Positions 51,201 through 62,665 are shown, counted from the first letter of the stretch. The stretch is DNA of 64,000 nucleotides from Owenia fusiformis (GCA_903813345.2 CAIIXF020000001.1:23374001-23438000), one strand, 5' to 3'. Program-made: numbers and translations. The notes: generated by a model not told the origin, from the letters alone.

Positions 51201-54200
51201 CTTAAATTGAACTTTGTTCAATTTACCAATCTAGTTATTATTATTTTTCTTTCCGAACCAGTTTTCTCAGCAACTAGAAGGACTTACTTAAATCTGCTAA
51301 CACAGTCAACTAGGTAATGAGACCTAGTTTCTGGGAAATTAGGTCAAATGTTTATCTAGGTCAAACGTCAAAATCTAGGTCAAATCGTTAGTTTTCACTA
51401 TTTTACAAGTTTTCTCAGTCGTCCTTCGGTATTTTGGCTCCGGTTTTTTTTCATCTTGTAGCTTAGATAAAAAGCTAATTCCGAAAGGCAAATCGTTTTT
51501 TGATTACTCTTACCGATTTTGAGAAATGACGTCCGAAAAGTAGGTCAGAACATAAAAAGTCCTCCAAATTCAACGTGTGAATTATCAAATAGGTGTAGAA
51601 TGATCTCAGGAATCCAAATCTGCAAACAAAATTTCAATCCGACTTCCGGTTCGGAAGTTACAGCGTTTTGAAATCTCAAAATCGCTAAATTTGGCGCCCC
51701 ATGTTAAGTCAATGGGGAAAAAGACTTCTTCGAAGTGTTAAATACGAGATATAGACTGAGTACAGCTTAACATAATGAAAGCCTATTAAAGAAGAGGACC
51801 TCGAAGGCTATCTAGCTTTAAAATTTGGACAGCAAAATGCCTAGGTCAAAATCTAGGTCAAATTTATAGTATTTTCTTACTTTTGCGATTCTGACACTAC
51901 ACTTTAATAATTTGCTTCAAAATTTTGCACACAGGTAGCAGAGAGTGTGCTAATAGTGTTAGCCTTTTGCCGTCAAAAAGTATTTTGACCCACTTTTGAG
52001 ATATGGTGTCCGAAAAGTAGGTAAAATTAAATGTTCTCAAAATTTAACATATGAGCTATGAATTAAGGGTAGAATTTTCCCAGGAATCCGAATCTGCAAA
52101 CTAAATTTCAATCCGACTTTCGGTTCGGAAGTTATGGCGTTTTGAAAGCTCAAAAATCGCTAAATTTGGTGCCCCATGTTATGTCAATGAGAAAAAAGAT
52201 TTTTTTGAAGTGTAAAATACCAGATATAAACTGAGTACAGCTTAACATTCTGAAAGCCTATAAAAGAAGGGGACCTCGAAGGCTATCTAGCTTTAAAATT
52301 TGGACACCAAAATGCCTAGGTCAAAATCTAGGTCAAATTCATAGTTTTTCCTTATTTTTGCGATTCTGGCACTACACTTTTAGGATTTGCTTCAAAATTT
52401 TGTATACAGGTAGGAAAGAGTGTGCTAATAGTGAGAGCCTTTTGCCGTCAGAAAGTATTTTGACCCACTTTTGAGATATGGTGTCCGTAAAGTAGGTCAA
52501 AATAAAAATTTCTCATAATTTAACTTATGAGTTATGAATTAAGGGTAGAATTTTCTCAGGAATCCGAATCTGCAAACCAAATTTCAATTTGACTTTTCGT
52601 TGGGAAGTTATGGCGTTCTGAAAGCTCAAAAATCGCTAATTTTGGTGCTCCATGTAATGTCAATGAGAAAAAAGATTTTTTTGAAGTGTAAAATACCAGA
52701 TAAAGACTGAGTACAGCTTAAGATTCTGAAAGTCTATAAAGAAGGGGACCTCGAAGGCTATCTAGCTTTAAAATTTGGACACCAAAATCCCTAGGTCAAA
52801 ATCTAGGTCAAATACATAGTTTTTCCTTATTTTTGCGATTCTGGCACTACACTTTTAGGATTTGCTTCAAAATTTTGTATACAGGTAGCAAAGAGTGGGC
52901 TAATAGTGTTAGCCTTTTGCCGTCAGAGAGTATTTTGACCCCCTTTTGAGATATGGTGTCCGAAAAGTAGGTCAAAATAAAAAATTCTCCAAATTTTACA
53001 TATGAGTTAGGAATTAAGAGTAGAATTTTCTCAGGAATCCGAATCTGCAAACCAAATTTCGATCCGACTTCCGGTTCCAAAGTTATGGCATGTCCGAAAA
53101 GTAGGTCAAAATAAAAATTCGCCAAATTTAACGTATGAGTTATGAATGAGGGGTAGAATTTTGTCAGGAATCCGAATCTTTAAATCAAATTTCGATCCGA
53201 CTTCCGGTTTGAAAGTTATGGCGTTTTGAAATTTCGAGAAAAATCGATCTGATGTTATCCTGATAGAAAGTCAAAGAAAAAAGATTTTTTTGAAGTGTAA
53301 AATACGAGATATAGATTGAGTACAGCTTAAGATAATGAATTCCTATAAAAGAAGGGGACCTCAAAAGCTACCTAGTTTCAATATTTGGACACCAAAATGC
53401 CTAGGTCAAAATCGAGGTCAAATTCATAGTTTTTCCTTATTTTTGCGATTCTGGCACTACACTTTTAGGATTTGCTTCAAAATTTTGTATACAGGTAGCA
53501 AAGAGTGTGCTAATAGTGTTAGCCTTTTGCCGTCAGAGAGTATTTTGACCCACTTTTGAGATATGGTGTCCGTAAAGTAGGTCAAAATAAAATGAGTTAT
53601 GAATTAAGGGTAGAATTTTCTCAGGAATCCGAATCTATAAACTGATTTTCGATCAAACTTCTGGTTAGATAGTTATAGCGGTTTGAAGTCTCGAAAAGTC
53701 GATATGATGATATCCCCATGTCATGCATATGGAGTCAAAGATAACATTCTTAAGAGTTGTCAAAATGTCTATATTCTAGCTGACTCAGCTTATAGTGAAT
53801 GACTCAGCTTACAAGTAATTGGATGACTCAGCTTACAAGTAATTGGATGACTCAGCTTAAAACAAGTCTTAAATCTGGAGTCTTAAATTGAACTTGTTCA
53901 ATTTACATGTCTAGTTATTATTATTATTCTTTCTTTGCCAGTTTTCTCAGCAACTAGAAGGACTTACTAAAATCTGCTAACATAGTCAGCTGGGTAATGA
54001 GACCTAGTTTCTGGGAAATTAGGTCAAATGTTTATCTAGGTCAAAGGTCAAGAACTAGGTCAAATCGTGTGTTTTCACTATTTTACAAGTTTTCTCAGTC
54101 GTCCTTCGATATTTTTGCTCCGGGTTTTTTTCATCATGTTCCTTAGAAAAAAAGCTAATTCCGTAAGGCAAATCGTTTTTTGATTACTCTTACCGATTTT

Positions 54201-55420
54201 GAGATATGGCGTCCAAAAAGTAGGTCAGAACATAAAAAGTTCTCCAAAGTCAACGTGTGAGTTATCAAATAAGTGTAAAATCATCTCAGGAATCCGAATC
54301 TGCAAACAAAATTTCGATCCGACTTCCGGTTCGGAAGTTATTGCGTTTTGAAATCTCAAAAATCGCTAAATTTGGTGCCTATGTTAAGTCAATGGGAAAA
54401 AAGACTTTTTCGAAGTGTAAAATACAAGATGTAGACTGAGAACAGCTTAACATAATGAATGCTTATAAAACAAGGGGACCTCAAAAGCTACATAGCTTCA
54501 AAATTTGGACACCAAAATGCCTAGGTCAAAATCTAGGTCAAATTCATAGTTTTTCCTTATTTTTACGATTCTGACACTACACTTTAATAATTTGCTTCAA
54601 AATTTTGTATACAGGTAGCAAAGAGTGTGCTCATAGTGTTAGCCTTTTGCCGTCAGAAAGTATTTTTACCCACTTTTGAGATATGGTGTCCGTAAAGTAG
54701 GTCAAAATAAAAATTTCTCATAAATTAACTTATGAGTTAGGAATTAAGGGTAGAATTTTCTCAGGAATCCGAATCTGCAAACCAAATTTTGATCTGACTA
54801 CTGGTTCGGAAGTTATGGCGTGTCCAAAAAGTAGGTCAAAATAAAAAAAATCCAAATTTAACGTATGAGTTATGAATTAGGGGTAGAATTTTTTCAGGAA
54901 TCCGAATCTGCAAACTAAATTTCGATCCGACTTCCGGTTCGAAAGTTATGGCATTTTGAAAGCTCAAAAATCGCTAAAATTGGTGCCCCACGTTATGGCA
55001 ATGGGAAAAAAGATTTTTTTTGAAGTGTAAATTACGAGATATAGACTAAGTACAGCTTCAAATAATGAAAGCCTATAAAAGAAACGGACCTCAAAAGCTA
55101 TCTAGCTTCAAAATTTGGACACCAAAATGCCTAGGTCAAAATCTAGGTAAAATTTATAGTTTTAACTTATTTTTTAGATTCTGACGCTACACTCTAATTA
55201 TTTGCTTCAAAATTTTGTATACAGGTAGCAAAGAGTGAGTTAATAGTGTTAGCCTTTTGCCGTCAGAAAGTATTTTGACCAACTTTTGAGATATGGTGTC
55301 CGAAAAGTAGGTCAAAATAAAAAGTTCTCAAAATTTAAAGTATGAGTAATGAATTAAGGGTAGAATTTCCTCAGGAATCCGAATCTTTAATCCAAATTTC
55401 AATCCAACTTCTGGTTAGAT
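48250..55420 (+). repeat. Core tandem repeats of about 475 bp (610-bp variant) inside the HINE bodies
   Basis: GGACACCAAAAT.CCTAGGTCAAAATCTAGG-type motif recurs at about 48541, 49017, 50152, 50627, 51827, 52302, 52777, 53387, 54507 and 55117. Confidence 0.92.
51018..51185 (+). repeat. 12-bp minisatellite (CTACCTACTCAG)n near the 3' end of HINE body 2
   Basis: Direct inspection; it produces the spurious YLLS-repeat ORF 50972-51187. Confidence 0.9.
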
Positions 55421-55826
55421 AGTTATATCGGTTTGAAGTCTCGAAAAGTCGATCTGATGATATCTCCATGTTAAGCCAATGGAGTCGAAGATAACATTCT
55501 TAAGAGTCGTCTAAATGTCTATATTCTAGCTGACTCAGCTTATTCTGGATGACTCAGCTTACAAGTTTTCTGGATGACTCAGCTTTAAAATCTGGAGTCT
55601 TAAATTGAACCTGTTCAATTTACATGTCTAGTTATTATTATTATTTATTGCTCTCACTATTTACAACAGTGGCACATGAGGAGTATCAGTGCGGCAGAAT
55701 GACATATCATTAAAATACAACATATTACAGCATTAAAAAACATTAAAATATTTGTTAAAATACATTACAATACTGATAATAGACTTTTATCTTCATTGTC
55801 ATTACAGAAAGTGAAAGTGAATAAAA

Positions 55827-58800
55827 TCAATGTTTGAATATCTCTTTATTGATATCAACTAAAAATGTTTTTGATAGCTTATCAAAAGTAGAACCTAGGT
55901 CCTGTCCCCAATATATAGCTACATCATCCCCCAAAATCCAACGTGTTTTCTCAGAAATGGAAAGTTGTAAAAAACTATTGACAATTGAATCCGGGCATTC
56001 TTTATTAAACTTTTCAAAAAACATATTTCGTTGTGTTGTTGTGGATGGGCAAGTAAATAGGCGGTGTTCAAGTGTATCTTTTTCTGAGAGGCAAGTACTA
56101 CAGAACCCATCTGACAGTCCCCTCCTTTCAAGATCAGTATTCAAGCCCAGACATTTAGCGCGAGCTCTGAATTTGATATGCTGGCTGTAAAAATCCATGC
56201 CTGTTTTCAGATAATTTTCTAAAAAAGTATGGTTCTTAACAGTCTTGAATAGTGACAATGATGATTTATCGCATATTGCCTCATTAAAGCATCTTACCCA
56301 TTGTTCATTTGAAATATTTAAATAAGATGTGTACCAGTTAGTATCGTCACGGTATATAACATCATCAAGTCCAACCTCAGTTAGGATTGAGTGGACATTT
56401 TCCATAAAAGGCCATGGTGCCTTGTGACCAAGCTTAAACTCATGTAGCAAATAATTGAAAATATCTTTATGGAGTCCATTCTTCAAGGAACTTTTTAAAT
56501 AAATAAAATAATCAATCTGGCGTTTATGTATAATATCACAGATTGGTCTCCACCCAAGGTCACCAAGGAGGGATTCTCTTGCAGGGTTGCATTTGAGTTG
56601 CATTAAGGCCTTAGCCATTTTGTATTGCATAGTGCTAAGATATTTTTCGGTGGTCTTATTCAGTAACATTACTCCACAACCATGGAGTATTGCAGGCAAA
56701 AACATTCCGTTATACATTGTATTGCCAAAATCAATTCTTTTCATATTACAATGCTTTGTCAGTGTAGAGCAAATCATATTTTGAATTCTTCTTGACTTGG
56801 GTTTTAAAGTGTCTTTAATGTGGTAAGTATCCTTCAAAGAACGGTCAAAATAGATACCCAAATACTTGTAGACTTTTACTTCTGTCAATTCATGTTCCCC
56901 TAATATCCATTTTTTCTCATAATTGATTCTTTGCCCTATAACCATTACTTTCGATTTTTTCGAATTAAATTTAAAACCCCATTCAACTGCAAAAATGTCA
57001 GTTACTTTTAAAAGTTTATTCAATTGCTGCTCAGACTCGCCCATAAGCACTATATCATCGGCGAAAAATAAAGATGGAATTTTTTTACCTTTAAAGTCAA
57101 AGCAAATGTTTTCCTTTTCAAGTGAGCTTAATAAGTCGGTCATTATAATAGAAAATAATGTTGGGGAAAGGCAGCAACCTTGTTTTAAACCTGTTTCTGA
57201 GTCATACCATGGAGTTGAAAAATTTCCAAAAACCACCTTATTAGATATACCTTCATATGTTTTCCTCAGGAGTCTCCAAAATTTACCCTGTATCCCTTTT
57301 TCCCATAATTTCGTAAATAAAATATCCCGATCAATCACGTCGAAAGCCTTGGAAATATCAATAAAAGCCAAAAAAGATTTTTTGTTCTTTGCCTTTCTTA
57401 TGCCACATAGGCCCTTTAAGGCAAATATATGGTTTTCCAATCTCAAGTTGGATCTGAAGGCACCTTGTGTATCCCCAAAGATATTTCTTTTTTCGCAAAA
57501 TGACCTTAATTTACTTTCCATGATAGAAGTGAAAACTTTATAAACATTAGAATTAACTGTGAGGCCCCTGAAGTTATCTAAATTCTCAATATCATTATTT
57601 TTGTGCAGTGGTTTTAATAGGCCTTCTTTCCATTCTTTAGGAATCAGCTCCAATAGTCTTACCTTGTTAAAAAGGTCAAATAATGGTTTCATTAGCGCAA
57701 CTCCACCATTTTTCATAAATTCATTCGGTATCTGATCTGTTCCACAAGATTTCCCATTTTTCAAAGTTTTAATACATGTGGTTATGTCATCAAATTCAAA
57801 AGCGCAAAATAAAAGTGAGTCGGTTGAAAAATTTGACATTGACTTTAACTCATCAATTCTATCCTCAAGGGAAGGTGTGACATGTTTAGGGTTCTTGTTA
57901 ACTTTACCAACACTACCCCAGTACTTAATGAGGGCATCTGAAATTTGCTTGGGGTCTGTTAATATTGTGTCAGTGTCGTCGGGGTTTTTAATCTGTATGG
58001 GATACCCGGCATTAGCATTAAACATGGTCAGCGTTTTCCAATAAGTTTTAGAGCTTTTAGAGCGTTTATATGCATTTCTCGTGATCAACTTAATGTGGTT
58101 CTTAACATGAGCTTCCTTTATCTTAATTTGGACTTGTTGCTTACGGTATAAATAGAGTTCCCACATTTCATGAAGAATATCTGGGTCACATGACCCTAAT
58201 CTACTCCAATAACGGTAAAAGCGCGATGCCTGTTTTCTACTTCTGATTAAACTTTTAATATCATCATTCCATAAAACATGGCGATTAATCTGAAATTGCT
58301 TAACTCCGATAGATTTCATGGCAGCGTTCTTAACATTAGACTTCCACATATTCCAAGCTTCATCTATGTCATTAATGTTTGATATATCCCACTCCATAAA
58401 TTCAGAGTAAATGTTACCTCTAAAAAGGTCCCAATCAGTATTATCAGATATGTTCCACCTAACTGAAGGTGACTCATTCTTAAAGTGAGGCTTGAGTTTG
58501 TGGGGTTTAATATTAGACAACTTCATCACAATGATCAAAAAAGAATGATCGCTACCTACGGAAGCGTGTTCATGGTTTTGGTCAATCAGCATACTCTGTA
58601 AAATATTATCACAAAGTTCATTGACAAAAATATAATCAATAGTGGAGGACTGACCATTACGGGCCCAAGTTGTTTCCCCCTTACATTTAACAGAAAGATT
58701 TAGATTTGTCATTGTGGTAACTTCAGAAAACAGCTCAATCAAATCACCATTTGGACTATTAGATGACTTTCTGAATTGAGGCACTTTACCATTGAAATCT

Positions 58801-59180
58801 CCCATTAATATATTATGCATATTTCCATTTTCAAGTTGGGTAACATTACTTATGAGCTCATTGGTCAGTGCTTCACTAATATCTTTGTCTTTACCATCGA
58901 CTGGGAAATAAGTTACACCATAGTTAAAAATACAGTTATAATGTTTACACTGGATCCATAACCTTTCAAAATCATCATCCATTGAATCTAATAGATTATC
59001 GTTTAAGATAGTAATCTCCTTTTTAATGAAGAACCCAATACCACCGCCACCTTTACCAGCTCTGTTCTTGGAAATGAATTTATATTGATCATTACATATA
59101 GTTAAAGTATTGCACTCATTAAAGAATGTTTCTACTACCCCTAAGATATCATACTTATTAGACTTTAAGAGTTCATTCAA
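55827..59180 (-). CDS. LINE ORF2: AP endonuclease + reverse transcriptase + C-terminal CCHC zinc knuckle (at least 1117 aa, uninterrupted)
   Basis: APE motifs DILGVVET, GGGIGFF, MGDFNG, STIDYI and GSDH; RT motifs KSCGTDQI, FRGLTV, QGAFR, FIDISKAFD, GLKQGCCLSP, FFADD and YKYLG; CSTC-x8-H-x4-C. The frame stays open upstream (YLIVAFNNVQHL, the APE start) but has no ATG there. Confidence 0.95.
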   Translation of the reverse strand: MNELLKSNKYDILGVVETFFNECNTLTICNDQYKFISKNRAGKGGGGIGFFIKKEITILNDNLLDSMDDDFERLWIQCKHYNCIFNYGVTYFPVDGKDKDISEALTNELISNVTQLENGNMHNILMGDFNGKVPQFRKSSNSPNGDLIELFSEVTTMTNLNLSVKCKGETTWARNGQSSTIDYIFVNELCDNILQSMLIDQNHEHASVGSDHSFLIIVMKLSNIKPHKLKPHFKNESPSVRWNISDNTDWDLFRGNIYSEFMEWDISNINDIDEAWNMWKSNVKNAAMKSIGVKQFQINRHVLWNDDIKSLIRSRKQASRFYRYWSRLGSCDPDILHEMWELYLYRKQQVQIKIKEAHVKNHIKLITRNAYKRSKSSKTYWKTLTMFNANAGYPIQIKNPDDTDTILTDPKQISDALIKYWGSVGKVNKNPKHVTPSLEDRIDELKSMSNFSTDSLLFCAFEFDDITTCIKTLKNGKSCGTDQIPNEFMKNGGVALMKPLFDLFNKVRLLELIPKEWKEGLLKPLHKNNDIENLDNFRGLTVNSNVYKVFTSIMESKLRSFCEKRNIFGDTQGAFRSNLRLENHIFALKGLCGIRKAKNKKSFLAFIDISKAFDVIDRDILFTKLWEKGIQGKFWRLLRKTYEGISNKVVFGNFSTPWYDSETGLKQGCCLSPTLFSIIMTDLLSSLEKENICFDFKGKKIPSLFFADDIVLMGESEQQLNKLLKVTDIFAVEWGFKFNSKKSKVMVIGQRINYEKKWILGEHELTEVKVYKYLGIYFDRSLKDTYHIKDTLKPKSRRIQNMICSTLTKHCNMKRIDFGNTMYNGMFLPAILHGCGVMLLNKTTEKYLSTMQYKMAKALMQLKCNPARESLLGDLGWRPICDIIHKRQIDYFIYLKSSLKNGLHKDIFNYLLHEFKLGHKAPWPFMENVHSILTEVGLDDVIYRDDTNWYTSYLNISNEQWVRCFNEAICDKSSLSLFKTVKNHTFLENYLKTGMDFYSQHIKFRARAKCLGLNTDLERRGLSDGFCSTCLSEKDTLEHRLFTCPSTTTQRNMFFEKFNKECPDSIVNSFLQLSISEKTRWILGDDVAIYWGQDLGSTFDKLSKTFLVDINKEIFKH

Positions 59181-60204
59181 TTCATATTGTTTTGAAATTC
59201 CAAGATGCTGGACATTATTGAATGCTACTATGAGGTATAATAACCTTGAACATTAATTTTGTGGCAGATTTTGAATCGTGTGAAAAGAAAGTCATAATGG
59301 AAATCGAAAAAAACGTGGTTGGCTCGATTTAAAAGTGAAGTCATTGGTGACTTCTGTGCAACGAAACAGGTATGTAGATCATCAAATTCATTTCATTTTC
59401 TTCCGAATTATCTCTATGGCGCCGGATCCGGGGGGGGGGGCCAAAAAGTGAGCCTTTTGGTCATTATTGGGCCTTCTAAGGCCTTATTTTTTTAATATTA
59501 GGCTAAATTTTGAAGAAAATGGGCCTCAAATTTTCAAATTTTGGGCCCACTTTTCGGTTTTAGGGGCCCAAAATATTTTTCTAGTACTATTAATAATGCG
59601 AAAATAATGATTTAGAATTTACAAAGAATGAGTTAGAAGTTCTAATTGATAAAAAATCCCTTGATATCGGCGGCCACTTCAAGCCTTTAACAGCAATAGA
59701 ATAACCATAAGGCAGTAATATGCAAAAAGTCACCAACAACATATGTGTTGCAAACTCCGGACGTAAAACACTAAACATCAACCGCCGAACACCAAACGCC
59801 GATCACTTTCCACAAAAAGCTGGTGACTATTAACAATTGTTGTGGTAACATAAAAACTGCCAAAGACTCGGACTAAATAATAATTGTAAAGTGATAAATA
59901 AAAATTGCTTTGGATACTGGCATTATCATTCTTTTGGAACTTTGAAAGTACAAGAAACATAAGAAATATTCATGGGCCAATTTACGATAATTGATATTTC
60001 AAAAAATACAAAATTCGAAAATAAAAATATATTCATATGTCGATGGTTTTTTCTTGAATTGTAGAATAAACACATTATATTTTATAAATTCGTAAGCGGC
60101 ATCATTGGAATTATATTGGTATTTCGTAACCTGAGCAATTTTCAAAGGAATAAAAAATTAACATATTTTCGTTAATCGTTCAATAAGTCTGATTTAATTT
60201 CAAA

Positions 60205-60692
60205 TAACACCCCAGTCACATTTGTCGCACGGCGGCCGTACGTCGACCGCAGATCAATTAAATCAGTGGATTTCTGCGACGAGCGTAGGAAAACTACGCT
60301 CGCCTTACGGCCTCCGTACGGCGTATCCAGTTTTTTACAGGCCGCAGGGTCGCCGTAGAAATTATAACTCGGAGTCATAATATTTGTTCATTTCTGAGAA
60401 ATCAACTGGCTCAACAAGATTGAATCATTATTTGTCAATGTTTCATGATCACTTTTCATTTGATATTACATCCTAGCATTATGAATAACATTTATAAATT
60501 GTCCCGATGTAGTTAAAATGAAAGAAAAGTATTATTTATCAACAGAAATTTAGAATTCACCGTGCGGCTGCCGTGGGAAATGTGACTGCAAAAGTATGAA
60601 AGCGCAGAAATTCTACGGCGAGCGTAGAAAAGCTACTGGCCGCAGAAATGATAGACCGCACGGCGGCCGTGGGAAATGTGACTAGGGTGTTA
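60205..60692. mobile_element. MITE with TAACACCC.AGTCACATTT inverted ends (PIF/Harbinger-like)
   Basis: TAACACCCCAGTCACATTT and AAATGTGACTAGGGTGTTA; GC-rich subterminal CGGCGGCCGT motifs. Confidence 0.65.
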
Positions 60693-61451
60693 GATATTAT
60701 TGTGTGTGTCAAACAAACAATAAACATGTTTCCTTGGATATTTGTATTAAATTGTAAAAATAAAAATGTAAATAGAGTGAACGTTATCGTTTGAAATTAT
60801 TAGCCGCAAATTATTCTGAACGACCCCTATGTCAAAAGCGATAATTGAAGAAATGGGCAAGATACGTTCATTCAATTTTACACATACAGTTCTTCTCCGA
60901 TGCTCTCACTATAGGACAAAGTTTGTAGCTTCATTTGTAATATGGTTTTTCCAGAAGAGGGTGTCTAATAATAATGAATTCTTCAATACATCTGATTTGG
61001 AGGATACGTTTATATAAGACTCCATTAATCATTCCAAGAGTACCCCTTTTACTATGGCATGGCCTACTTTATAACATCATACATTATAAATAATGTTGAA
61101 AAGCAAAATATTTATTCATTTTGACTCTTTTATAATATACAAATGTAAGGCATTTTAATGTAATATATTCCTTTCGCCTTGTTTAATTATATTTGTTAAG
61201 TCTTTCAATTAGTTTAATTTTGAAAGTGAATGGACCGGGTCCTATTTTCACAGGGTCGGTACCAAATTAAGCGTTACAGGTCAAAAAGATTTTTTTCAAC
61301 TTGCTTCAAATTGACCAATTTTTTTCAAATCATCTACAAATCATCAGAAGTTCATGTCTGACTTTAGATTTGAGATTCGACCTTCATTGACCTTCTCAAG
61401 GTCAAAAAGGGTCAAAAAGGTATTTTTCAACTTGCTTCAAATTGACCAATT

Positions 61452-62612
61452 CTTTTTTCAAACTCATCTAGAAGTTCTCAAAAGTTAAATTCTGACTATA
61501 GATTTGACCTTGAATGACATTCTAAAGGTCCAAAAATATTTGACCTTCTCAAGGTCAAAAAGGAGTTTTTTCAACTTGCTTCAAATTGACCAATTCTTTT
61601 TTGAAAATCATCAACAAGTTCTCAGAAGATTCAAATCTGACTTTAGACTTCAGATTTCACCATCAATGACCTTGTCAGGGCCAGAAAAGGTCCAAATATT
61701 GTGAGCAACTAGGTGGTGACATTTTGTCATGTTATTGCCTTGTTTTCGTCTCCCACCCTCTGAATTTTCGGGGCCGCCCCAGGTGTTGGTTTAGCATGGA
61801 AATTATTTATGTTTGGGCAGGGGGGTGCAATCATTTTCATTGGAATCGATATAAAAGTATTCTGGCACTTACAATGACCAAGACGTGCAAGCAATATTTA
61901 TCATTGGGGTAAATGTTGTATGGTTATGTGTCAGATTGGAAATAAAAAGAAAGCATAGCATGTTGAATAGAAATGTACGTAAAGGTTACATTCTTCTTTT
62001 TTCAAACTCATCTAGAAGTTCTCAAAAGTTAAATTCTGACTATAGATTTGACCTTGAATGACATTCTAAAGGTCCAAAAATATTTGACCTTCTCAAGGTC
62101 AAAAAGGAGTTTTTTCAACTTGCTTCAAATTGACCAATTCTTTTTTGAAAAACATCAACAAGTTCTCAGAAGATTCAAATCTGACTTTAGACTTCAGATT
62201 TCACCATCAATGACCTTGTCAGGGCCAGAAAAGATCTTTTTCAACTTGCTTCAAATTGACCAATTTTTATCTACAAGTTCTCAGAAATTCAACTCTGACT
62301 TGAGTTTGAACTAATAATATTGTGAGCAACTAGGTGGTGACATTTTGTCATGTTATTGCCTTGTTTTCGTCTCCCACCCTCTGAATTTTCGGGGTCGCCC
62401 CAGGTGTTGGTTTAGCATGGAAATTATTTATGTTTGGGCAGGGGGGTGCAATCATTTTCATTGGAATCGATATAAAAGTATTCTGACACTTACAATGACC
62501 AAGACGTGCAAGCAATATTTATCATTGGGGTAAATGTTGTATGGTTATGTGTCAGATTGGAAATAAAAAGAAAGCATAGCATGTTGAATAGAAATGTACG
62601 TAAAGGTTACAT
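61452..62612. repeat. Near-identical direct duplication (61452-61991 and 61996-62612) covering the 3' end of an ATGTCACCA-family element plus its flank
   Basis: Duplicate ORFs 61504/62048 and 61724/62345; the second copy has about 77 extra bp near 62233-62315. Confidence 0.9.
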
Positions 62613-62665
62613 ACATCGCTCTTCCCACAAAGTTATAACATGATCATATGTGAAACTGAGAGTGA

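Larger units (their letters stand above)
47770..55631 (+). mobile_element. Four nested non-autonomous Helentron-type elements (HINE/DINE-1 architecture)
   Basis: Four 5' modules (AGACTCCAGAT-loop-ATCTGGAGTCT-ATTGCTTTTGCCAGTTTTC-TTATT) at 47770, 47824, 47879 and 47932. Four bodies each end in ATCTGGAGTCT + TAAATTGAAC..GTTCAATTTA hairpin + CTAG|TT, at 49545, 51234, 53914 and 55631. Confidence 0.85.
47761..59240 (-). mobile_element. 5'-truncated non-LTR retrotransposon (LINE, RTEX-like), antisense in intron 1 of paralog B, with its (TAA)n tail split by the HINE stack
   Basis: ORF2, then a 3'UTR of about 180 nt, AATAAA and (TAA)n at 55650-55632, with the remaining repeat at 47769-47761. The flanks on both sides resume similarity to the short relic intron of gene A. 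No TSD identified. Confidence 0.8.

Noticed and set aside
49087-54439. Repeated short ORFs (e.g. MKFGLKIRTPEKIL..., YLLS repeat)
   Set aside because: They are translations of the non-coding 475-bp core repeats and a 12-bp minisatellite.
47978-55631. Simple head-to-tail concatemer or satellite explanation of the four bodies
   Set aside because: The junctions lack the 5' hairpin expected in head-to-tail copies, the bodies differ in sequence and structure, and the four missing heads are stacked upstream.
55834-58044. Plus-strand ORFs up to 206 aa
   Set aside because: Antisense shadows of LINE ORF2.
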